This document shows positions 54,101 to 64,000 of a stretch of DNA of 64,000 bases, one piece after another; position 1 is the stretch's first letter; each line of letters opens with the position of its first letter. The DNA comes from Phyllobates terribilis (lineage: Eukaryota): contig NW_027362769.1 in NCBI RefSeq assembly GCF_046119375.1, positions 385,950,001 through 386,014,000 on the forward strand, given 5' to 3'. The notes under the pieces are model-generated. The model was not told the DNA's origin and did not search any database. It saw only the letters and a list, made by a program, of their open reading frames with translations. The position numbers were made by a program, and so were the translations under genes.

Positions 54101-57100
54101 AGTTATATTCTTGTACATAGGGGGCTGTATTATAGTAGTTATATTCTTGTACATAGGAGCAGTATTATAGTAGTTATATTCTTGTACATAGGGGCAGTAT
54201 TATAGTAGTTATATTCTTGTACATAGGAGCAGTATTATAGTAGTTATATTCTTGTACATAGGAGCAGTATTATAGTAGTTATATTCTTGTACATAGGGGC
54301 AGTATTATAGTAGTTATATTCTTGTACATAGGGAGCTGTATTATAGTAGTTATATTCTTGTACATAGGAGCAGTATTATAGTAGTTATATTCTTGTACAT
54401 AGGGAGCAGTATTATAGTAGTTATATTCTTGTACATAGGGGGCAGTATTATAGTAGTCATATTCTTATACATAGGGGGCAGTATTATAGTAGTTATATTC
54501 TTGTACATAGGGGTAGTATTATAGTAGATATATTCTTGTACATAGGGGGCAGTATTATAGTAGTTATATTCTTGTACATAGGGGCAGTATTATAGTTGTT
54601 ATATTCTTTTACATAGGGGCAGTATTATAGTAGTTATATTCTTGTACATAGGGAGCAGTATTATAGTAGTTATATTCTTGTACATATGGGGCAGTATTAT
54701 AGTAGTTATATTCTTGTACATAGGGGGCAGTATTATAATACTTATATTCTTGTACATAGGGGGCAGTATTATAGTAGTTATAGTCTTGTTCATAGGGGCA
54801 GTATTATAGTAGTTATATTGTACATAGGGGCAGCATTATAGTAGTTATATTCTTGTACATAGGGGCAGTATTATAGTAGTTGTATTCTTGTACATAGGGA
54901 GCAGTATTATAGTAGCTATATTCTTGTACATAGGGAGCAGTATTATAGTAGATATATTCTTGTACATAGGGGGCAGTATTATAGTAGTTATATTCTTGTA
55001 CATAGGGGCAGTATTATAATAGTTATATTCTTGTACACAGGAGCAGTATTATGATAGTTATATTCTTGTACATAGGGGGCAGTATTATAGAAGTTATATT
55101 CTTGTACATAGTGGGCAGTATTATAGTAGTTATATTCTTGTACATAGGGGCAGTATTATAGTTGTTATATTCTTTTACATAGGGGCAGTATTATAGTAGT
55201 TATATTCTTGTACATAGGGGGCTGTATTATAGTAGTTATATTCTTGTACATAGGAACAGTATTATAGTTATATTCTTGTACATAGGAGCAGTATTATAGT
55301 AGTTATATTCTTGTCCATAGGGGCAGTATTATAGTAGTTATATTCTTGTACATAGGGAGCTGTATTATAGTAGTTATATTCTTGTACATAGGAGCAGTGT
55401 TATAGTAGTTATATTCTTGTACATAGGGAGCAGTATTATAGTAGTTATATTCTTGTACATAGGGGGCAGTATTATAGTAGTCATATTCTTATACATAGGG
55501 GGCAGTATTATAGTAGCTATATTCTTGTACATAGGGGTAGTATTATAGTAGATATATTCTTGTACATAGGGGGCAGTATTATAGTAGTTATATTCTTGTA
55601 CATAGGGGCAGTATTATAGTTGTTATATTCTTTTACATAGGGGCAGTATTATAGTAGTTATATTCTTGTACATAGGGAGCAGTATTATAGTAGTTATATT
55701 CTTGTACATAGGGGGCAGTATTATAGTAGTTATATTCTTGTACATAGGGGGCAGTATTATACTACTTATATTCTTGTACATAGGGGGCAGTATTATAGTA
55801 GTTATATTCTTGTTCATAGGGGCAGTATTATAGTAGTTATATTGTACATAGGGGCAGCATTATAGTAGTTATATTCTTGTACATAGGGGCAGTATTATAG
55901 TAGTTATACTCTTGTACATAGGAGCAGTATTATAGTAGTTATATTCTTGTACATAGGGACAGTATTATAGTAGTTATATTCTTGTACATAGGGGCAGTAT
56001 TATAGTAGTTATACTCTTGTACATAGGAGCAGTATTATAGTAGTTATATTCTTGTACATAGGGGCAATATTATAGTAGTTATATTCTTGTACATAGGGGC
56101 AGTATTATAGTAGTTATACTCTTGTACATAGGAGCAGTATTATAGTAGTTATATTCTTGTACATAGGGGCAATATTATAGTAGTTATATTCTTGTACATA
56201 GGGGCAGTATTATAGTAGTTATACTCTTGTACATAGGGACAGTATTATAGTAGTTATATTCTTGTACATAGGGGCAGTATTATAGTAGTTATATTCTTGT
56301 ACATAGGGGCAGTATTATTGTGGTTATATTCTTGTACATAGGGGACAGTATTTTAGTAGTTATATTCTTGTACATAGGGGCAGTATTATAGTAGTCATAT
56401 TCTTATACATAGGGGGCAGTATTATTGTAGTTATATTCTTGTACATAGGGGCAGTATTATAGTAGTTATATTCTTGTACATAGGGAGCAGTATTATAGTA
56501 GATATATTCTTGTACATAGGGGGCAGTATTATAGTAGTTATATTCTTGTACATAGGGGGCAGTATTATAGTAGTTATATTCTTTTACATAGGGGCAGTAT
56601 TATAGTAGTTATATTCTTGTAGATAGGGAGCAGTATTATAGTAGTTATATTCTTGTACATAGGGGCCGTATTATAGTAGTCATATTCTTATACATAGGGG
56701 GCAGTATTATAGTAGTTATATTCTTGTACATAGGGGTAGTATTATAGTAGATATATTCTTGTACATAGGGGGCAGTATTATAGTAGTTATATTCTTGTAC
56801 ATAGGGGCAGTATTATAGTTGTTATATTCTTTTACATAGGGGCAGTATTATAGTAGTTATATTCTTGTACATAGGAGCAGTATTATAGTAGTTATATTCT
56901 TGTACATAGGGAGCAGTATTATAGTAGTTATATTCTTGTATATAGGGGGCAGTATTATAGTAGTTATATTCTTGTACATAGGAGGCAGTATTATAGTAGT
57001 TATATTCTTGTACATAGGAGCAGTATTATAGTAGTTATATTCTTGTACATAGGAGCAGTATTATAGTAGTTATATTCTTGTACATAGGGGGCAGTATTAT

Positions 57101-58665
57101 AGTAGTTATATTCTTGTACATAGGGGCAGTATTATAGTAGTTATATTCTTGTACATAGGAGCAGTATTATAGTAGTTATATTCTTGTACATAGGGGGCAG
57201 TATTATAGTAGTTATATTCTTGTACATAGGAGCAGTATTATAGTAGTTATATTCTTGTACATAGGGGGCAGTATTATAGTAGTTATATTCTTGTACATAG
57301 GGGCAGTATTATAGTAGTTATATTCTTGTACATAGGGAGCAGTATTATAGTAATTATATTCTTGTACATAGGGGCAGTATTATAGTAGTTATACTCTTGT
57401 ACATAGGAGCAGTATTATAGTAGTTATATTCTTGTACATAGGGGTAGTATTATAGTAGATATATTCTTGTACATAGGGAGCAGTATTATAGTAGTTATAT
57501 TCTTGTACATAGGGGCAGTATTATAGTTGTTATATTCTTTTACATAGGGGCAGTATTATAGTAGTTATATTCTTGTACATAGGAGCAGTATTATAGTAGT
57601 TATATTCTTGTACATAGGGAGCAGTATTATAGTAGTTATATTCTTGTATATAGGGGGCAGTATTATAGTAGTTATATTCTTGTACATAGGAGGCAGTATT
57701 ATAGTAGTTATATTCTTGTACATAGGAGCAGTATTATAGTAGTTATATTCTTGTACATAGGAGCAGTATTATAGTAGTTATATTCTTGTACATAGGGGGC
57801 AGTATTATAGTAGTTATATTCTTGTACATAGGGGCAGTATTATAGTAGTTATATTCTTGTACATAGGAGCAGTATTATAGTAGTTATATTCTTGTACATA
57901 GGGGGCAGTATTATAGTAGTTATATTCTTGTACATAGGAGCAGTATTATAGTAGTTATATTCTTGTACATAGGGGGCAGTATTATAGTAGTTATATTCTT
58001 GTACATAGGGGCAGTATTATAGTAGTTATATTCTTGTACATAGGGGGCAGTATTATAGTAGTTATATTCTTGTACATAGGGGGCAGTATTATAGTAGTTA
58101 TATTCCTGTACATAGGGGGCAGTATTATAGTAGATATATTCTTGTACATAGGGGGCAGTATTATAGTAGTTATATTCTTGTACATAGAGGGCAGTATTAT
58201 AGTAGATATATTCTTGTACATAGGGGGCAGTATTATAGTAGTTATATTCCTGTACATAGGGGGCAGTATTATAGTAGATATATTCTTGTACATAGGGGGC
58301 AGTATTATAGTAGTTATATTCTTGTACATAGGGGGCAGTATTATAGTAGTTATATTCTTGTACATAGGGGCAGTATTATAGTAGTTATATTCTTGTACAT
58401 AGGGGGCAGTATTATAGTAGTTATATTCTTGTACATAGGGGGCAGTATTATAGTAGTTATATTCCTGTACATAGGGGGCAGTATTATAGTAGATATATTC
58501 TTGTACATAGGGGGCAGTATTATAGTAGTTATATTCTTGTACATAGAGGGCAGTATTATAGTAGATATATTCTTGTACATAGGGAGCAGTATTATAGTAG
58601 TTATATTCTTGTACATAGGGGCAGTATTATAGTAGTTATACTCTTGTACATAGGGGGCAGTATTA
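15106..58665. repeat. Giant 35-36 bp minisatellite/satellite array (~43.6 kb, ~1,230 copies) filling intron 5 of the C16orf96-like gene
   Basis: Unit GG(G/A)GCAGTATTATAGTAGTTATATTCTTGTACATA(G); no unique insert seen on reading through; diagnostic variants recur at fixed kb periods. Confidence 0.99.
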
Positions 58666-58736
58666 GAACAGCCACACTCTTGTCCTGTGGCTATATTTTG
58701 GAGTTATGTAATGTAACCTGCCCAGTTGTCTCTCAC

Positions 58737-58887
58737 CCATCTCTATGTCGAGCCTCTTCAGCTCTTGTTCTATATCCAGGACCCGTCTCTCCAGACCCTC
58801 GTGTTTTCCGGGCAATGCCCCCAGACTGTTTAGGATCTTTTTTACATTGCGCTGTTTGGTCTCATTGCTTAGTGTCCAGTCTTCGCT
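58737..58887 (-). CDS. C16orf96: C16orf96-like exon 5 (SEDWTLSNETKQRNVKKILNSLGALPGKHEGLERRVLDIEQELKRLDIEM+G)
   Basis: Acceptor TATCATCACCAG|; donor ATGG|GTGAGA (phase 1); aligns with recalled [26 protein letters not shown]...ANMG. Confidence 0.8.
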
Positions 58888-59433
58888 CTGGTGATGATAC
58901 GGCATAAATGATAGGTATGTGTTGAAATCACATAAAGTGTTTTTATGGAAATTCGATAGCGCGAGAGTAAAAGAACCCCCCTCCGCACATTCAGCGCATT
59001 GTACAGCATTATACGCGGTATATAAATCATGTGTATATACAATGGAAATGCCCTTTTCATATGGATGACTTCCTAACACGACCTCCATTCATCTCTCAGC
59101 TGTTTGTATTGGGGGGCGGTAATCATTATACCGCTATTGTTACGCTGCCTATTGTAGTCAATGGAGGTTAATTGCTTAGATTGTTGTCACTGCGCTCAGA
59201 CAATCCCTTTAATAACAGTGAAAGTGATCTCATCAGGTCTTTACCGCCATCCAGTCTCCTATAACCAGAAACAGTACTGACTAAAACATGAGAAGGGGCG
59301 GAAGGGAGGATTGAGGAGTGACCCAAAAGGGAAATTTTAGCTTTCAAATACTGCTTCTCCTGGACCGTCTTTGGTCAGAAATACTTTTATATCCCGTGCG
59401 AAAACTTTTTTTTTTTTCAGAATGCTCAGGTTC

Positions 59434-59630
59434 CTCTGTTATTCCTCTTGGAAATGTATGAATAATCTGGGGAATTACCATTCCCCTTGTGAAAGGGGTT
59501 AGTCCCTATACACTACCCGCACTGATTGGACAGTGCTGTGACAAGTGATTGATCAATGGACCGTGTGACAGGGACTCACCCCTTATTGGTAACACTCAGT
59601 TGTCATTTAAGTTTCCAGGAGGAATAAGAG
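59434..59630. mobile_element. Inverted-repeat (MITE-like) element in intron 4
   Basis: TTATTCCTCTTGGAAA pairs with TTTCCAGGAGGAATAA. Confidence 0.45.
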
Positions 59631-59722
59631 AGGTTCGGTAAAAGAAAATGATGCAGCAAGGTTTTAGTGACATTTTAGTGACATTTTAGTGATTTGAAGT
59701 TCTCTAAATATATATTATATAC

Positions 59723-59809
59723 CTTGTCGGCCAGAACATCATGTATAGTTGGCCAGGTGACCAGGTCAGATGGCTCGGGATAGGAATACAGCTTTCTCTG
59801 CAGATTCTC
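59723..59809 (-). CDS. C16orf96: C16orf96-like exon 4 (ENLQRKLYSYPEPSDLVTWPTIHDVLADK)
   Basis: TTCTCATTACAG| acceptor; AAG|GTATAT donor; resembles the family segment [24 protein letters not shown]. Confidence 0.85.
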
Positions 59810-60145
59810 CTGTAATGAGAAGGAAAGAAATTTATTATATTCAAATAAATTAGCATATATTTGCATGTATGTCATATACCTATAAAGTTAGTATACCCCA
59901 TATATACCATACGCGCTCGATCGAGGTGTTCTGAATGAGGAGAGGGGTAGCTCCTCAGGGTTCGGCTTATCTTCCCTGAGAACAAATGACTGGATGATCC
60001 TGCTCATTCCCAAGATATGTTTGGATGGCCCCCCATACACATGGCCCCCATAACCTTATCTTTAGAATGAGGGACATAATATTTTGAGCAATCATCCCAA
60101 AAGATGCGTGTGATATGTAAGGTCCAGGGTCCCGTGAGCGCTCAC

Positions 60146-60226
60146 CAGCTTGTCTTCTAGCAGGGGGACATGTTGCGTCCTCCCGTCCAGGTCTTGTAGT
60201 CTCCTTTCCACCTCCTGGATATTTAT
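60146..60226 (-). CDS. C16orf96: C16orf96-like exon 3 (INIQEVERRLQDLDGRTQHVPLLEDKL)
   Basis: TTTCTGCTTTACAG| acceptor; CTG|GTGAGC donor; 81 nt. Confidence 0.88.
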
Positions 60227-60423
60227 CTGTAAAGCAGAAAGAAGATATGACATATCCTGCCAACGAGGCTCCTCAGAGGAGAACATGCACCAGCCATGCT
60301 GGGTTCCTATTGGTACTTTCTCTTCTTGGTTTGTCCGCCCCCAAGGAGCGACCTCATGTAAAATGAATGATTTTTATGCTGAATATTGTCACTCTAACTT
60401 TATATTTCCACCTGGAGCCTTAC

Positions 60424-60528
60424 CTTTGTTATCTGGTTGCCCAGAGATGCTAGTCTTTCTTGGATGAAGTCGTTGGCCTGTCTCAGGGTGTTGAAGGTGC
60501 TGAGTAGCTCCTGGAAGGCGCTCATGGC
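60424..60528 (-). CDS. C16orf96: C16orf96-like exon 2 (AMSAFQELLSTFNTLRQANDFIQERLASLGNQITK)
   Basis: TCTCTATTCTAG| acceptor; AAG|GTAAGG donor; 105 nt, phase 0/0. Confidence 0.88.
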
Positions 60529-60818
60529 CTAGAATAGAGATGCGATTGGTGAGTTATGGCTTGTGGAGGGTGTACCTATACCAAGCATAGTGGTAGTAGT
60601 CACATCTGTGGCCATGTTGATTTATGGGGCCCAAAAACCCTTAGGTTTGAGGGTCTACAATGCAGTAGGACTGCGAGCAATTCTTAAAAAGTGATATAGG
60701 TTTTCATTGCCCATGACCGATCCAAGCTATGGTTCCTCTCTATGAACCCAATAGCAGCTGTTGGGGCTTTTTGGGTCTTCACCCTCACATTCATGTCTAG
60801 AACACGTTCACGTCTGAC

Positions 60819-61214
60819 CTTGTGGACTCCATCTTCGTTGATCTCCGTCTTCTTCTTGAGCTGCATTAGCTGCCACATCTCCTCCACAGGTTTCCTTTGG
60901 GATTGACTGGCTTGTAAAAGACTGGTGGAGCTTGGCAAAGAATCTAGATGGTGGAGCCTGGACTCCATCTGGGCCACCTTGTCCAGCAGCTGGTGGAACA
61001 GCGTGGATGGTTTCCCTGAGTCGTCCATGTTAATCGGCCCCGGCTGTATGAATTCCCTCTCCTCCTGGGACAACTTCCTCCGCACGTCCACCACCTGCAG
61101 GTGGTCCATGAGCCCGTAGAGTAGGGAGTAGAGCGCATTGAAATTTACTGCACCAAGTTCTGGAGAACCTATTGCTAAGTTCAGGAGCTCCTTGAAGGAC
61201 ACGGAGCCTGGCAT
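60819..61214 (-). CDS. C16orf96: C16orf96-like exon 1 (MPGSVSFKELLNLAIGSPELGAVNF...EDGVHK, 132 aa)
   Basis: Kozak GCCGCCTCCACCATG; donor AAG|GTCAGA; upstream acceptor TCTCGTCTAG| at 61235. Confidence 0.92.
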
Positions 61215-61402
61215 GGTGGAGGCGGCTGAGGGGTCTAGACGAGAATGCAACATAAATAAGTAAATATGCGACATAAAGAAGCAAAACACTGCACAAGATC
61301 CTATAAAAATGGATGGAGTTGGAAGTAGACACCACAATGTTCCTCAAGAATGATACTCTTCAGGTATTTTACACTTTAAGGGATGGGCAAAATGACACTT
61401 AA

Positions 61403-61743
61403 AGGGGACTTGTCACACGGTGAAACGCATCCAGTTTTTGCCCCTTATATTATTCCTGCTGTTCCTCGGAGTATTTTTTTATTTTTTTCTCTCAAATCCA
61501 CCATATTGTTCTAGAGATATGGGTCTTTTTACTTTTATGGCGTTTACCAAGGGGCGTGGCTCACAATGCAGCGCAACCTCAAGACACACCCCCTTATTAA
61601 AAAAAAAGTATAAAATTAATACTAAATAAAAAGGCCCATATCTCTGGAACCGTATGTCGGATTTAAGAAAGACAAAAATTGGAATATACAGGAGAGGAGC
61701 GATAATTAATTGTAAGGACTTTTGTGCTGGTGACATGTCCTCC
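61403..61743. mobile_element. TTAA-targeting MITE (T2/Kolobok-like)
   Basis: TTAA|AGGGGACTTGTCAC ... GTGACATGTCCTCC|TTAA; internal inverted repeat AGAGATATGGG / CCCATATCTCT. Confidence 0.75.
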
Positions 61744-61966
61744 TTAAAGGGGTTGTCCACTCATTTCATACATAAGGAAAAAAAAAGTGTTATTGCCTGC
61801 AGCTTCCCCCTGGAGATATCAGAGTGGCCAGATCGGTGCCGATCACTTGATTTAGGGAATCCACCCTCACTAATATCTGATCCAACCCAGTTTATATCCG
61901 CGACATGTCATCCTATTAATATTCCCGGTATAACCTTTAAGCACCAGCTTGTTCCCGATACCTTAC

Positions 61967-62130
61967 CTTATGAAGAAGCAGAGGCGGCTGGTGTCTCTGG
62001 ATAGAGTGCAAGCTCTTCAGTCCAGCTGGTGCATGCTGGAATTCATTCTGTCCTAGAGGGAAACCTCCTAGCAACCCTCGCAGCCGGCCATGCCTGCTGA
62101 GTCCCGGATTGTGCCGGGAAGTTTTCACCG
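61967..62130 (-). other. C16orf96: Probable non-coding upstream exon of the C16orf96-like gene (5' end approximate)
   Basis: Strong donor CATAAG|GTAAGG at 61966, pairing with the acceptor at 61235 just before the ATG; locally GC-rich with X-box-like motifs. Confidence 0.45.
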
Positions 62131-62143
62131 ATTGCTAGGAGAC
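62063..62143. promoter_or_regulatory. Pair of inverted RFX X-box-like motifs at the putative C16orf96-like promoter
   Basis: ACCTCCTAGCAAC (62063-62075) and ATTGCTAGGAGAC (62131-62143; revcomp GTCTCCTAGCAAT); consensus GTNRCC(N0-3)RGYAAC. Confidence 0.45.
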
Positions 62144-62405
62144 CAGAGAAACGCCTGGTAATCTGCAGAGGACTCTTCTTGTCTAGTGTTTATGTCCCTG
62201 TTGCCACCGCTGCTGCTGGTAACTTAACCCCTGAGTTTCCTGCACTATGGACCTCTGCATTCAGTCAGCCGCTGGCGAGCAGATATACATCGCTCCTCAA
62301 TCGGCGGATCAGTGGCTAAAAGCAAACTGGCGCCTTCATACTTGCTGAAAGATCCTGCATGTACTGTAGGAAGCAGCTCCTGATGGCAGCAGCTAAAAGC
62401 CCTAA

Positions 62406-62805
62406 GGGAACGTTCACACAAACAATTTGCCACCTGAGTATTTAACCACAGTTCAGAAGCAAATCCAGGATAAAAATCTGCATAAATTATAGGAAATTTG
62501 TCACTGATTTTGAGGCAGATTTGCAGCAAATTTCATCCTAAGAATTATAAAGGGATAAATCAGCAGTGAAATGCAGATTTAAAATCAGAGACATAAGTCG
62601 ATTTCCGCTGCAGATTTTTTTCACCCTCCATATACGAAACATTTTCAGTCCACAAATCTGCCTGTAAAAATCTGCAACAGATGCCACGGACGACTTTGCA
62701 ACCGATTTGACGCAAATCACATGCAAAATCAGCATATACAACATGTATTTGCTGCAGATTTAACACAATTTTTTACTTTGGATTTGGATCAGTGTGAATT
62801 TTGCA
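62406..62805. mobile_element. Degenerate PIF/Harbinger-like MITE with TGCAGATTT/AAATCTGCA internal repeats
   Basis: TAA|GGGAACGTTCACAC start; GTGTGAA near 62792; many internal inverted TGCAGATTT motifs. Confidence 0.45.
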
Positions 62806-62852
62806 AACACTTTTCACCTTTATCCTATGTACATTCATCACTGTCAACTTAA

Positions 62853-63114
62853 AGGGGTTGTACTCTACTTTTATACTGATGACCTATACTTAGGATCCAC
62901 TCCTATTCACTCGAGTAATGGCGAAGGTGCAGTACCTTGCAGTAGCCACAATACAATTGATGGCGCTATGCTGTTCCGCTCCGCAACGAAAAATATCCTG
63001 CCGCCACCAAGAACGGCTAATCATGGGTTGCTGGGGGTCGCATCCCCACCGATCTGATATTGATGACCTATCTAAAGGATAAGTCATCAATGTAAAAATA
63101 GTGGACAACCCCCT
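62853..63114. mobile_element. TTAA-targeting MITE (T2/Kolobok-like)
   Basis: TTAA|AGGGGTTGTAC ... GTGGACAACCCCCT|TTAA; subterminal GATGACCTAT / AGTCATC symmetry. Confidence 0.75.
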
Positions 63115-63139
63115 TTAATAAGGTGAATGGGCACCATTA

Positions 63140-63452
63140 GGGTATGTTCACATGTAGCATTTTTACCGCATCATTTTTTCCTTATATAAAATCCCTTTTT
63201 GTTAATGCCGCGTTTGGTGCAGTTTTTTATTTTGTTGATCTTAAATGGGTTAAAAAAAAATGCTACAAAAACACTGAAAATATCTGCATTAAAAAAAGCA
63301 TCACATGTAAAAAAAAAAAAAAAAAACCTCAAGGAAGCAAATGCGACATGTGCATGAGACTTTAGAAATCTCAATAATTTTGCTGTTAATGTAAAATGCC
63401 TTGTTTTTATGCATGAAAAGAAGCATCAAAAACGCAGCGTGTGAACGAGCTT
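63140..63452. mobile_element. PIF/Harbinger-like MITE
   Basis: TTA|GGGTATGTTCACATG ... CGTGTGAACGAGCTT|TTA; A/T-run-rich interior with ATGC/GCAT repeats. Confidence 0.5.
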
Positions 63453-64000
63453 TTAGTTTGCCACAAAAATGGTGCGCTCAGCTTAACATAAAGAGACAGG
63501 GCACATGCGCTAGGATCCACTCCATTCTCCACTTCTTGGTGGTCTTCAGACCAGGAAAGAGGGAGGAGCTTGGGGACAATGGTTGATCGGTAAGCGTCCC
63601 AATAGTTGGACCATTGACCATAGACCTTCACACAGCTGATCAAGGTGGCGCTACAAACCCACCTATTGGACTGATTAGCCGACAACTGAGTGTCTATCAG
63701 GGGCACTTGACTCTGTCCAAATGGGGTTGTTGAGAAAAGGGATTTAACAAGTTTTTTTTAACATTTTTCTGTCTCTTCCAAAAACAGCGCCACCTCTGTC
63801 CACAGGTTGTGTCTGGTATTGCAGCTAAACCCCGATACGTTTCAGTAGAGCTCAGCCGCAATCCCCCGTGTCATTACCTACCTGACAACATGTTGAAGTG
63901 CAAAATTGGACTAAAATATTCCTTATCTGCTGAAACTCGCTCCAAGACCAAGTCTTCTACGTTCCATGACTTGAGGGGTCTGTTAAAGTAATTCAGGACA

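Larger units (their letters stand above)
8836..61214 (-). other. C16orf96: C16orf96-like gene (QRICH2 paralog family), 16 coding exons, 1986-nt CDS, 661 aa
   Basis: All 15 introns are GT-AG with consistent phase. Motifs match recalled human C16orf96: LNF.AL..LL.G, LPS...LL.[44 protein letters not shown]..YKGR. It lies tail-to-tail with UBALD1, as in human 16p13.3. Confidence 0.88.

Noticed and set aside
15101-58632. Dozens of ORFs such as MYKNITTIILPP.. / MYIGGSIIVVIFL.. / MQEYNYYNTAP..
   Set aside because: They arise wherever several 36-bp (multiple-of-3) monomers are consecutive; there are no splice signals or unique sequence, and they occur on both strands.
15106-58665. CRISPR array (35-36 bp repeats)
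   Set aside because: Repeats are directly head-to-tail with no unique spacers, there are no cas genes, and the context is a spliced vertebrate gene.
58663-59088. 141-aa stand-alone gene
   Set aside because: Only 58737-58887 resembles the C16orf96 family and is bounded by splice sites; the flanks are intronic read-through.
61420-63991. Short ORFs of 60-116 aa in the right-hand 2.5 kb
   Set aside because: They overlap MITE-like, A/T-run-rich sequence, and I recognise no protein similarity or consistent exon structure.

Overview
Vertebrate genomic DNA, most likely anuran (frog/toad; inferred from the genes and the MITE/minisatellite repertoire). About 78% of the window is tandem repeat, and almost every entry in the supplied ORF track is a repeat artefact. 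Two real spliced genes could be assembled by hand, arranged tail-to-tail. UBALD1 is on the + strand: 3 coding exons, 4451-6599, 148 aa. A C16orf96-like gene (QRICH2 paralog family) is on the - strand: 16 coding exons, 61214-8836, 661 aa, with every GT-AG junction in phase. The dominant feature is intron 5 of the C16orf96-like gene: 43,642 bp, about 99.8% of it a single 35-36 bp minisatellite (~1,230 copies) with layered higher-order repeats. This intron ends at an AG|GTAAGA acceptor that has the signature of a recursive splice site. Also present are a decayed IR/DR (Sleeping Beauty-type) Tc1 transposon whose start codon was flipped by a 33-bp micro-inversion, nested in an older Tc1-derived element; several MITEs (mariner, TTAA-targeting T2/Kolobok-like, Harbinger-like); an 86-bp array; and a CRE/ZNF143/CCAAT/TATA promoter. 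No CRISPR array, rRNA or tRNA was found. Protein identities come from recalled family sequences, not database searches.
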